In this document: piece by piece, positions 17,879 to 30,405 of the stretch
How positions within the stretch are numbered: position 1 is the stretch's first letter
How the letters are laid out: each line of letters begins with the position of its first letter
NCBI GenBank assembly: GCA_004764695.1
Contig: SMSO01000033.1
Coordinates: 62,001 to 126,000 of the forward strand
DNA: 64,000 bases
Source of the DNA: Schizochytrium sp. TIO01
Lineage: Eukaryota; Protista; Bigyra: Labyrinthulomycetes
Reading direction: 5' to 3'
Made by a program: the position numbers and the translations under genes
Notes under the pieces: generated by a model
Seen by the model: only the letters and a program-made list of their open reading frames with translations
Told to the model about the DNA's origin: nothing
Database searches by the model: none

Positions 17879-20168
17879 CCTCGAGAGACGCTCCGTTTCG
17901 GATTTGCTTGCTCGCCCTCTAGATTTGGTTTCTTTTTGCTTATTTGCCCGCTCTCGGCACTGCGATGAGCGTCTCTTGCTTTCGGTTTTGTTGTTGTCTT
18001 CTTGTTTCTTGAAGAAGAGCCGCAATCGATCGAAAGCTTTCTTTTAAGTTTTGCTTTTGTTTGTTTGTTTCCAAATGAGGAGCACTTTAGTTCGTGCCTT
18101 TGGGGTCCACCTGGCGGGTAGGCGGTGAGAGGGTGTCCACCTGCCTTCAGGGTCTGCCAGCTGCCGCCGCGAGCCGAGTTCTCCGGCGCGACGGCTGCTC
18201 CTCGACTTTGTCTTCACCACAACCTCCGCTGCGTCCACGTTAATCGCAGCAAGTAGTTCTCCGTTTCTAGTTTGGTGGCGCCTCATTTTCATTTCGCTCG
18301 CTTCGTCTTTCTCTTTTTTCCACCTCTCCTACTGTTCCTACGCAATAGGCTACCACTATTAAACTATTTTATTCATTTATTCATTGAATATTGTTTTTAA
18401 ATTAAACAACTCTGTAGCGTCTTTCTCTGTTCTTCACCGCATCGTGTGCATTTACAATTTTAAAAAAAAAAATAAAATAAAATTAAAATTAATAAAAAGT
18501 ACGAACTTTTGATTTGACTTGTTTCTTCACATTTCTCATTATATTTATTCTTAATTAAAAATATTTTTTAAAAAAATTAGAATACATAGTGCTACTATTG
18601 ATATGTATGCAGTTTCTCTATTCAAAACGAGGGACTACTACCAGTTATATATGCGTTTCTACTCACTAAGGATTTTTCGAGACCTTCCTTCGCGTGCCGC
18701 TGAGGTGCGCTAGCGGATTCCTAAGGGTTCCTTAGAGGCTGTCATGATGCCGCATTCACGAGACGGTCTGTGGACTCTGCCAGCTTCATCATCACCATAG
18801 TTCAAGACTCCCAAATAAATGCACGTCGCCGCACGAGTCCAAGACTTGGTCCTCTCCAGGGCCGTCCAGTGCCTACGACGTCTCTTCGCGAGCCTCGTTC
18901 GAGTCCCACTGTGCGCATCACTCGAGTTGTCCATCGATGGACTCATCATCATCTTGATCTAAAACTTGATGCTCTAAGACCCAAGAACCCGGAAATCGAT
19001 CAATCGATCGATCAGTCAATGAATCAATCGCCAAAGCAGCCTCACTTACCGTTTACTCTAGCCACAGACTAGCCAGAATCCGGGAGCAAAACGAGGTGAC
19101 GAGCAAACCTCCGAGTTGACATTGTACCCGCATAGTGGGCGCTCCACGGAGCGCTTCTTCAGACTTTTCATTTTCCATCATACGATTGAAGAAAACAAAA
19201 GCCGGGAAAGGAACTAATATATAAATTCTTTCCATCGAAAGAACTACGTGGTGATGCTCTCCAAGCCAGGTATTTTTAGTGTAAACGGCGTACGTACTGT
19301 GCCTGTCTAGCTAGCGCGGCACTTCAAAGTGGAGTGGCTGTGAAGGAGAAGAAGAGGCCCTCGTTCTTCTCCCTATTCTCCCCTTTCAATTCTCCCCTTT
19401 CAATTCTCCTTTTCATTTCTTTTCTTACTTTTCAACTAAAACATTTATACTTTATAACGAAAATATAAACCAGAATGAACGAGAAAGATGATAAAGCTGC
19501 AATTAAATTAAAAAAAAACAAAGCTCCGCCGAGTTCTCCCCTCTCTCTGTCCTGTCTCTGCCTTCGAACAATTTAAAGTTCTCTGCTCGTGCCGCTGCTA
19601 CCATCGCCTATCTGTTTCCTACGCCTCCGCCTTTCCTACCCCTTCCTATCCAACTGCTACCTACGAAGAAAGAACGCAAAAAAGAAAGAAAGAAAGAAAG
19701 AAAGAAAGAGAGAAGGCTTCCTTCTCTCCTAGCCACGGCTAGGCACTACTACCGGCCTAGGAGCAAGTGATGTGAATCCCTACGACCAGAAAGCAGATCT
19801 GCCGCCACAGGAGGACCATCCGCCGTCATAACGCGCTCAGGAGTTCGAATGAAGACTTCGCATGAAGACTTCGCATGGAGACTTCGAAGACACCACCGGC
19901 GGCTCCACTCTGCTGAGGTCTGGCGCGTTGATAAGGCCGCAGAGGCCTGCTTGGGCAGCGCTGGTCTGCGAGCAACAGAATCCTCCTCTTCCTCCGTATC
20001 AAACTCAGCATTTCTTTCTTCTGCAGCACATTCGATCGCGCTAACAGTCACTATTTCTATGTACTCTAAGTGTGTCTGCGCACATCTTTGTTTATCCGTG
20101 GACATTCTCATTCATACATAGAATAGATACATACTGAGAATAGATATAAAGAGAATAGATACATACAC

Positions 20169-20275
<107 letters not shown>

Positions 20276-20555
20276 GAGAAAGAAAGCTGTCGGTCGAAGC
20301 CTTTTGTTGATGATGGCAAACCTCGCGAAGGGAGTGGATTGGAGCGCCGACGCCTTGCTTTGCAGAAGGACGAGCACTCAGAGGCCCTGAAAGCCGCGCC
20401 AACTCGCATGAAAGCCGCGGGTACGAGCAAGAAGAGGGGCCTTCAAAGAACCGACGATAACAATAACGGGAAACTTTGAGGGACTTTTCAGTTCTCTTTC
20501 AAGAAGAAAGAAAGGTCATTATCGATATTTTATTATTTTTAACGAAACAACCTCC

Positions 20556-20644
20556 TGTATGTTTGTATGTTTGTATGTTTGTATGTTTGTATGTTTGTAT
20601 GTTTGTATGTTTGTATGTTTGTATGTTTGTATGTTTGTATGTTT
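20556..20644. repeat. (TGTATGTT)n 8-bp tandem repeat
   Basis: About 11 units. Confidence 0.92.
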
Positions 20645-21507
20645 GTTTGATGCTATCAAATTAAAATGTTAATGAATTCATTTCATTAAAAACGCATTGA
20701 AAGGAATGAAACAACTAGAGGTACCTAGTGATCCGCACTAGCACCCCGATATGATCCACATGGGCATAGGAACTCGTAGAGAATGATTCTCTCTCTTTCT
20801 CGAGGATCATTGCGGTAAGAGCGAGTAGGAGTTACTAAGCAGGGTCCTTCGAAGGACTGGCGCTTGAAGGAAGAAAGCAGAGCGCTCCAAACGATGACGA
20901 GCCCCTACTCCGTGTCCGGTGCGGCTCCACCTCCCCGCATGCTCCCCGCAGCGCGTGCCAGGCATCTAGCGTCTCTATCGCTCGCGCGTAGGACAGCCCT
21001 TCGCGTTCCAATTCCGCGTTCGCTTCCTCAGAAGAGACCTGATTTAGGTTATCAACCATGTATGCGTTCCATCAGGCGTTCTAATCTAGCGCAACGCATT
21101 TTCAACTCCCGTCTGTTTGTTCGAAACTTACTTGAAACAGGCTCTTAAAGAGCGCTACTGAAAGCTCAAGGCACGCGGGCGGGTGGAAGATTGAAGGGAG
21201 GAGGACTTCCGAAGAAGTCCTTCGTAGCAGTAGCCTTGTCGGCCTCCGTCGGGGAAGAGGGGCTGGCCGTGGCGTCTTTGGGTGGCCTGCTCATCTTCAT
21301 GGAAGCTGACTATCCGCAGCATCATCCTCACGAATCGAGAATTCGAGATGGAAGTAGTCTTTCGATCGCAGCTCACGATTCCTTCAAAAGCCCCTCTGCC
21401 TCTAGTACAGCTAGGCGCTTGCTACGCACGACTCCTAGGCCCGTCTTCCAGGAAAATTGCTAGGAATGCCAGCATCGTCCGTCATGCAGAGCGCCTTTCC
21501 AAAGCAC

Positions 21508-21667
21508 AGAAAAGAAAGAAGAAAGAAAGAGAGAAAGAAGAAAGAAAGAAAGAAAGAAAGAGAGAAAGAAAGAAAGAAAGAAAGAGAGAAAGAAAGAAGA
21601 AACAAAGAGAGAAAGAAAGAGAGAAAGAAGAAAGAAAGAAGAAAGAAAGAGAGAAAGAGAGAAAGAG
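21508..21667. repeat. Polypurine (AAAG/AG) low-complexity tract
   Basis: About 160 bp of almost purely A/G sequence. Confidence 0.9.
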
Positions 21668-22266
21668 GTGCGCACTTCAAAGGATCCATCCTCCGCCAGA
21701 AATCTGCGGCTGCGGCGGCTTTCGGGCTCTCTGGCCGCCACTTCTGCAGAGGCTGAGTTAAACCAACGCTCATGGCCGTGTGCGGCAGAAGAAGAGTGCC
21801 GCCACTGAAAGAGGGTGAATCTTCGGGGACTGAGCAGGTTGCCGCAGACGAGCAAGCGACGAGGAAGAAAGACCAGAGAGCCTCTCTGGGTTTGAAAGAA
21901 AACGCGGCGGCCTGCATGCGTAGCAGTCGGCTAGCACGCTCTAGAGGGCCGCGATGTTCCAGGTTATCATGGAAGCTTGGACACGAGGGATCGATCTCGT
22001 CTCGGAGTCTTGACGTGCCAGAGGTGCGGGATCCCGCCCCTCCTGAGGCGCCTGCGGAGGCCTCGAAAGAACGCGGAGCTCCTTCTGCGAAACTTGAGGT
22101 GCTTGAGGTGCAGTGGCCGGCGCTCATTATGGCAGCAGTGCAGGAGCACTTGAGGGTCACGGCGCCTTCTGCGGAGGAGCTGAGAGAGGATGCAGGAGCG
22201 CAGTCCACCCTGAGGGGGCCTAGCGCCTGGTTAGCTACTACTAGCCAGGTCGGCGGACTAGCTTTG

Positions 22267-22400
22267 ATGTATGAATGTATGTATGTATGTATGTATGTAT
22301 GTATGTATGTATGTATGTATGTATGTATGTATGTATGTATGTATGTATGTATGTATGTATGTATGTATGTATGTATGTATGTATGTATGTATGTATGTAT
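22267..22400. repeat. (TATG)n microsatellite
   Basis: About 30 units. Confidence 0.95.
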
Positions 22401-24925
22401 ATGTATATGTGTGTGTATATGTGTGTGTTCGCATCATCGTCATTGCTGCTCCGAACTGCTTCAAGAGAATTCAAACTTCGTTCACAGTTAATTCGAGACT
22501 CGCGCCGATACCACTTCAACAATCAGAGGTTCGGCTTTTAAAAGGTGGGCGTTGTGATGCAGAAAATCGGGTCTTCCGACGCTCTCAGGAGTCCGTCCGT
22601 CTGTGATGCGTGCGAAGCGAGAAAGAGCGCCATTCTGCGGCTCGGCTGAAAACTGAGTGAGCGTCAGAACCTTTTACTATACTACTATGTGTTCGCATGT
22701 AGCTAGCTAGCTAGCAAGCCGAGGGTCACTTGCCAAGGGACTGCCTCTTTCTCAGGTGTTTCAAACGCTCGAAATTTCAAGACATTTATTGGGCTGATAG
22801 TAGACAGATTGAGAGATAGATAGATAGATAACTTGGAATGAGCGGCTCCGAGTGTGGTCTGTCTGGCAAAGAGTTAGAGCAGCTTTGGCTCTTCCACTTG
22901 GTCAAAGTTTGCCTCGAAAACAGAGACCGTGGTTGAGTTCTGGACTCGCTTGAAGCCTTGAACGCACACGTGTTCAAGCCTTCTCTTCAATCTCATCTAC
23001 TGGCACGTCAATCCCCGATTTTTATTTTCAAGTTTTGCTTTTTGTTTTTAAAAACATGTTTCTATTCACAAAATAGAAAAAAAAAAACAAAAAAACTTTC
23101 ACTTCAACTTGGCAACTTGAGCTTCTTAGTTCAAGCAGGAAGTTTTTAAAAAAGATGCTTTTGTTGAGAGAGAGAGAAAGGGAGAAAGAAGAAAACTGGA
23201 AAGACAGACATGAAAAAGGGTTCTTCAAAGCAACTACTAGTCGTGCATAGGCACTATTACCAGGCACCTACGTATCTACCTACGCACCTACTGCATCATC
23301 GAACGATCACCATCGCCGTTCAGACACAGCCAAGATGACGAGCTCAGTCAGCCCCTTTCGGGCGGCTTCTTTCGCAGCGCCGCGTGTCCAAGCCGCGCCA
23401 AGCAGACGGACACGCGGCTTGAAGGCGGCCTCGTCTCGTTTCTTTAGAGTCAGCGTCCTGAAGATGTGCGCAGCCTCAACTGAGGAAGAAGTTGACGTTG
23501 GAGTGAGTTCGTTCTCAAGAGACTTTTAAGTTTCAAAAGCAGGACCTGTCCGTTGTGTCCTCTAGCCCTCCGGCTAGTCATCGCCGTAGCGCACCTGCTA
23601 CTGTTGTTAAGCTAGCTAGCTATCTCGAGAACTCGGGCGGACGAGACTCCGAACTGAACTGGCTGCTTCGTCAGAGCTGCAGAAGCGGTATCGAGCTCGC
23701 ACGCGAGAAGATGAAGGCGCACTCCGCAGCCAATCAGCAGGAGACGAGCCCCCGCCAAAACACGCACGCGGAGCAGCGAGCGCGACTGAGGAGCGGCTGA
23801 TCGAAATAAGCTTCGAATTGCCAAGCACCTGAGAACCCTGTCTCCGGTTCTCTCTCTTGTTTTCTTCTTTACTTCCAAAGAGAGTTATTTTTAATTTTTA
23901 CTTAAACTAAAGAAATGTTATTATATTAATAAAAAGTAAAAGTAAAAGTAAGAGTAAAAATTTGAGGCTTTGTTCAAATTTTCTCTCGTCGATGAAAACA
24001 TGCATGATAATAAACAAAAGTGTTCACGATCGAAATTCGAAAATGATGGAAAAAGCTCATCGTCTCGAAGAGGGACAGTTGCCGTTTGTAGATGCGACGA
24101 CGTCATCGCATGTAAAGAAGACGTAGCAGGCAGGCATCTCAAATAGCCCAGACAAACAAACCAGCAACAAAAAACAGAGGCGCTCAGGCACACGACAGAC
24201 ACGGAGACAGAGCTTGTCTTCCAAAGATCATGGCGATTCATCGCATGCTCGTGAAAGCGGGTTTGTAAATTGCCTGCCTTTCCCAGGTTTTCATCTCTCC
24301 AGATGATTATGCTCTTCTCGACAGACTAGCCGAGATTGGACTGCCTTCGCTCAATTTACAGCGAGAGCGCCTGCTCACGTTCACAGGAGATGATGCCGCC
24401 GCCAATGCTCGCTCGATTCAAGGCCCAAGTCCCAATCGCAGTTCAAAAGCAGAAGAACGGAGGAGACGCCGCAGCGTCATTGGCACCCACCCACTTCGAA
24501 ATCCTGCTGCTGCTGCTGCTCCTGTGCAAGTTGGGACTCTTCGTTCTTCAATGCTCGATCCCCCAAAAGGCTCCGTGACGAACGAGCATTGTGGCCACAG
24601 TCCGTCTTGATAATCTTCTTCTGCTTCTTCTTCTTCATCCGTTCGCTCCAAGCCAAGGTCGCGGGAGAACGCCATGAACAGGAGGATCATCTCGAGTTAG
24701 TTGGCCTGCCATATCGCATTTGCTCCGGTACTGGAGGGCCGTTGCTCAGGCTACTACATCGGCAGCAGCCAGCCACCAGGCAGATGAACGGGCAGCCGTT
24801 GGAGCTGCCTTCCTCGCCGACATTCCTGCGATATTGCAGCGAAGGCGCAGCCCTTCCTCGCTGGAGACGCAGCCATGCGCCGGCGTTGTTCGGAAACTGA
24901 CAACGTCCAGCGATCGCGAAAATCA

Positions 24926-25142
24926 ATGAATGATTTGAATTGAATGGAATGGAATTGATTTGATTTTAATTTGAATTGAATTGAATTGAATTGAATTGAA
25001 TTGAATTGATTTGATTTGATTTGAATTCAATTCAATTGAATTGATTTGAATTGAATTGATTTGAATTGAATTGATTTGAATTGAATTGATTTGAATTGAA
25101 TTGAATTGATTTGAATTGAATTGATTTGATTTGAATGAATGA
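24926..25142. repeat. (TTGAA/TTGAT)n pentanucleotide satellite
   Basis: Mixed GAATT/GATTT units, including a 15-bp higher-order unit. Confidence 0.92.
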
Positions 25143-25461
25143 GTAAATGAGCGAGAGAGTGAATATCAACTGGACCGCAACGGTCACTGTGGAGAAGCTG
25201 TCTAGCTTGCTCACAGCTTTCGAAAAGAAGCTACTAGCTTCCAAAAGTCTAGCACTGTGTGACCTTTCTCGCCGCCCTCTCGCGTCACGCCCTGATGTCT
25301 TACTTCCAACGCACTACGAGTACCATCGTCATCACCAAAGCCTAATACATAACATTAAATTCAAGTTGAGGTTTTACAAACCATGAAAAAAGGACTTAAA
25401 CCTCCATGCTAGGTAGAAGATCCTAATGGGCTCCCTCCTTGAGAATTTAAAGAAAAAGAAC

Positions 25462-25535
25462 TGAATGAATGAATGAATGAATGAATGAATGAATGAATGA
25501 ATGAATGAATGAATGAATGAATGAATGAATGAATG
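25462..25535. repeat. (GAAT)n microsatellite
   Basis: About 18 units. Confidence 0.95.
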
Positions 25536-28500
25536 GCGTGGGCCAAAGCGATTGGGGCTACCGATGCTCGCGGGTGCCGCGCAATAAAGGTATCCTGGCG
25601 GCGGTACGAATCTGCTTGTTGCCAAGTTGTCGGCATCCACCAGCCGAACTTCAAGCACCTCAACAGAATATGGCAGAAGCTTGCTCGTCTCCTTTGCAGA
25701 CGAGCAAGACGAGAACATTCTTTAAAAAACCGTCTGTTTTGAATGCCCTTTTATGAAAACACAGGAGGTACCTACTTATGTCTCTGAGTGGCAATATTCT
25801 CACTTTCCTTTCTAAACGATAGAAAAAGAACTTTCATTTTTAATTCAATAAATATTCGTTATCTCCGGCTATTTTTCTGCCCCTTCCCACAGCGGTTTGG
25901 TAGCGTCCCACAGAGAACCCACAAGGTGGCATATACCAGACTTGGCAGAGAAGGAACTGGACTGGAGCCGTCTCTGTGCTCGCAACTGAGTAGACAGGAA
26001 GCAAGATGCTTCGCAGAAGAATATACGAGTGCAAGCAGGGCGGGCGCAGAACTCGAAGGCTCTGTTCTTGACAGTACGTATGTACCTACGCACTAAATGG
26101 CTAGCAAAGGATGAGCTCATGATGAACGAGAGGATATGAGTGTTGGCCCAAGCAAGTGAAAGGATTGCTTGATGGGAGCAGCGCCATTCACTCCAGAATC
26201 TGAAGCAGAATCAGGAACAAAATTTCAATTTCAATTTCAATTTCAATTTCAATTTGAATTGAATTGAATGTTGAAAGTCAAGGCCAAGAAAACGAGCAAG
26301 CTGGTCATCTGTACACGTCATCACCATTCTTGGTTCTTGGACTCGTGGCTTTCGCAAGCTTGTCGAAGTTTGAATCGCTGTGCCTATAGCTATAGGTGCC
26401 GAGGTCAGCTTGCCATAGTGTAGGTAGCTTACTGACCTGCGAATGGAGAACTTGAGTGAAAGCTGATCCAAATGCGATTAGTCTGTGCGAAGGATGGCTC
26501 TTTTCCCTCTGCTTCTATACCTAAACAAGAAGCGATCAAGCCGCCAGGATTTGATTTGGTTGGAGCTGGCTCGTTCAGAATGTTGGATTTCAAATAAGTG
26601 ATCTCAAAGCCGTCCATGGGAATGGCTTCAGGGGCGGCGGCAGCCTGAAAGCCCCTGGCAGGTTGAATAAGGCGAACGAACTTATCAATCAGGTCGCCTA
26701 TACAGGCTTTTGGGGACTACTGCTGCGGACCTTTGCTCAGGAACTGGACCCTCTTTGGGACTGTTTCATCATTGTGCCGAAGAAAACATGCTTCAAGTGA
26801 CTCGCCATCAGATACCGAACCCTGCGCCTGGAGCTGCTCGGCCTCGTTTGCTAGGCTCACGATGGCGTGGTGTCCAGGCCGCAGCGAATTTGAGGTTATC
26901 TGTTTGGGAACAAAGAAAGAACTACTGCGCAAGCCATCCTACAGCTGGCAAAGCGTGAGAGCAAGCAGGGAGACGCGAAGTGAGAGTGTCTTTGGGAGAT
27001 GGTACAAATACCCGGTACATAGCTCAGGGGAGGTTCATGTGCTCTGAGACAAAGCCAATGCTAGCTTGGCAAGTAGTAGGTAGGGACCTACTTCTCTTGC
27101 TTGTGGCATGGCCCGATTATTGTTTTGGCCTGTGGCTTTACGATTACCCCTAGATATGGCAATAAGAAAACATTGTATTGTGAAGGAGATCATGACCATG
27201 TCTGGTAATATGTCGCTGTGAGGGGCACTCTAACATAAACACAAACTGAGAGCGCCTTACCATAAAACAAATGCAAATCTAACGTTCAAGATCCTCTATC
27301 CTTTGCAATCTCTGGCTGCCACTCTAATACTCTTGAAGCAATGTGTAAAGAGTGATTCATTTGCCTGACGTTGAAGACCAACTTAAAAGGACTGACACGA
27401 GTTGACTCTCGCTATTGAGACTGCTTCTGAAGTCGAGAATATGAACTTTGTACGACAGGTGAAATAATAAAATGAAAGGTTCTTGCTATCATTCACAGTA
27501 AATTGTGCATTCAAACAAGTTTCAACATATTCAAGCGGCAATGAGCAAGAAACACTCACAATGTCCAGGTGATATTTATGAAGAAAAGGCACAGCACCAA
27601 AAGCGATACGATGAAGTTTGACGTGCTGGGTTCGCCAGCAAGCCCTGATCTTCACTTCTCGAGCTACAAGAGTTTTACCTGCAGCTAAACCAGCTAATAC
27701 CACCACAGGAAAGGACCTTAGATTGCTGTTCTATTTTTTGGTGGATGTACTTCATGCGATGATTAACCTGCTCTACATTGCGGTACTGGTGGTTTTTCCC
27801 TTCCCTACTGAGCTTAAGAACAGCAACCAAACTAGACACCAACATTTATTTGAATTTGAAAAATTGAATCATAATCTCATTTTTAGTCTTTAAGGTTTTT
27901 CGCAACCTCAGGTGTATTTCATGAGACGGCATTCAGCCTCCGTACATCAACAATCTTGTAACAGCTTTCCACTTGCATCTGCTTGACTTATAAGCTCATT
28001 TGAAACGTTCTCTCTGAGGTTTTCCACTTTGGTAGCCAGGGTACAGTAGATTTTATGACTTTCCCAGAATCCTGTATGTCTCTGCCATCGCTTGGACTTT
28101 GTGCTGGCAACCCGGCGCTCTTTATTGTCCATCCCTCCTAGGTTCGAACTAGCCGGAACTATTTGCTCTTCTACACTTAATTGCACGCAAGCTTTGCAAC
28201 CCTCTAACACTGATCTTGCTTAAATTAGCATCGATGGAGATATATTTTTCTGAGTTTAAATTTTCAATGACTCCCATCTAACTTTTGGGGATGGAGGATG
28301 TTACCGCCATCATGTATAGACGTATCTTATACATGGCCCAAGCCGTGGTAGATTATATCATTTTTTGAATTTGACATATTTTTTGCTGTGAGGTTGAGGA
28401 AACGGCCCTCCTAAACACAATAGCCATCTTCACTTCTATTAAAGAAGGTGCAAACGCCTTTTCGAAATACTCTTCTTTTTATAGGCGGTACAGGAGCAAG

Positions 28501-30405
28501 AAGACCGAAAGAGCATCGAAAGTCTTACAGATAGGAATGCTAGGATGCGCAAAAAAATGAGCCTCGCTCGTTCCACGGAGCAGAAATACTCATTTAAACA
28601 ATTCCATGAAATCAAGGAGACAGAGGAACCTTTGGTGACCCTTTCAAACACCGCTCCTGTTTACCAAACTGAGACTTCAATAGGACTTACAATTCCTCGA
28701 AGAATGATAAAAAAAGTTGACATTTGCTTCATTTTGCGTTGAAACGTGCGAGAATTCTTATAATAAAATGTGTATTGTCATCCATGTTGGCTAGACGCCC
28801 TATGCATTCTGACTACTTATATCTCTCATCCACAAATGAATGGTCACTTAATAAGGACTGGTCAGCGCAAAGGTAACTTGCGCACTTATTTACGGGTTCT
28901 GTTCGTAGCATATCTTGGGCGTCACTGGAGTATCTCGCGATAGTCACCACCAAATACCATCTCGTTTGAACTTTCGACATGATCCTACCATATTGGTGGG
29001 AGATATCCGAAGTTAGAGCCACATCTTCTCTCTGTGTTGTGAGACTCAGGTGGTGCATTAGTCATAGGTAAACCAACCTTCATCAACATTGACTGAGGTT
29101 AAAAGAAACGTTTTCATTTGGTAATTATTCACTAATCTTTACATTGCGTTCATGAGTGATACTACTATTTCACTTTTCTTTGAATGAGAAACTTGGCGTG
29201 GTGCGGTTCTTGTAGAAACTATGTCTTTTTCTTTTTTTAAGATTTTTGTGGCAATCTCAATACCTTAAACTATTTCGTCTTAGTGTACCAACTTCCCTCC
29301 TCGATAATGGTATCTATATTGCAAGATTGAAGCTCTGCAATAGTTCATGTCGATTCAGGCTTATTGAAGATGGGGTAACTATCATAAGGTCTGCATAAAC
29401 CTCAGGAGTACTTTCGAACTGTACTTTTGTGTAATGACTGTATCAAACAGCTTCTGCTGAAACCTGTTTGGGGTCATATCGTGAACAAAAGCAGTTCAAA
29501 TCTCGGTGCAAGTTGGTACTTTCCGAAGCAAGGCTGGAAACAATGAACATGAAATTCTTTGCCTAATAAGACAATTCATCTTGAAGGAGTTCATCATGCT
29601 TGGTGTACGACTTCGACCTACACTATTGTCAATATCTCAACTCGAAGCAATATGTGGACAATAGATTGCTAGGGTTTGGGCGTACCATTATTAGTCCTCA
29701 AAAACTTAATAAATCAGAGCTCATCAACCTAATACGTGATCGTGGATCCTTGAAAGCCAAAGAGCTGAACGTGTACATACAGATATCAATGAAACGCCCA
29801 TGGCGAAATTTGAATTGATGGTTAACCTCATCTCCTCAATTATATTTAGTCTATATCACATATGTCCGAATCTCCGTATATTCTCAAGTTCCTTGCCTTT
29901 ATAAGCACATACTTGGTTGTATTATTCTTATACTCTGCAAAGAACTATTGTTTAGAACTTGCAATGTCACGTCAAGTTTTTGGCAATACATTGTTCACAT
30001 GACCTTTAGATTCACATCTAACTCTCAGCAACTATGAAACGAGTTTTCCTATTCCCTGGTATTCAATTCCACGTGTGAGGTCATTGTAAAGCCCAACATT
30101 TGAAGAACAGAATACATCAGAGTGCAACTTGACGAAGCTAAACTTGTGAGCCGCTTTGTCGTGTCTACTATTTCTGACTGAAGCTTGGACGATGCAGGTA
30201 TCAAAATAAGGCGTGCTTGGCAGCATCAAGTTTGAGAACCAACTGTGGAACAACTACGATAATCGTTTCTGTTCTGTTTCGCAATTTCATTACTATTTGT
30301 CATAAATTAAATCATCTGGGTATTATAAATTACAAATTGCACTTGACATACCGAAAACGCCATTTCCTCTTGATAGTGCATTCAATGCTCCAATGCATGC
30401 ATTGG

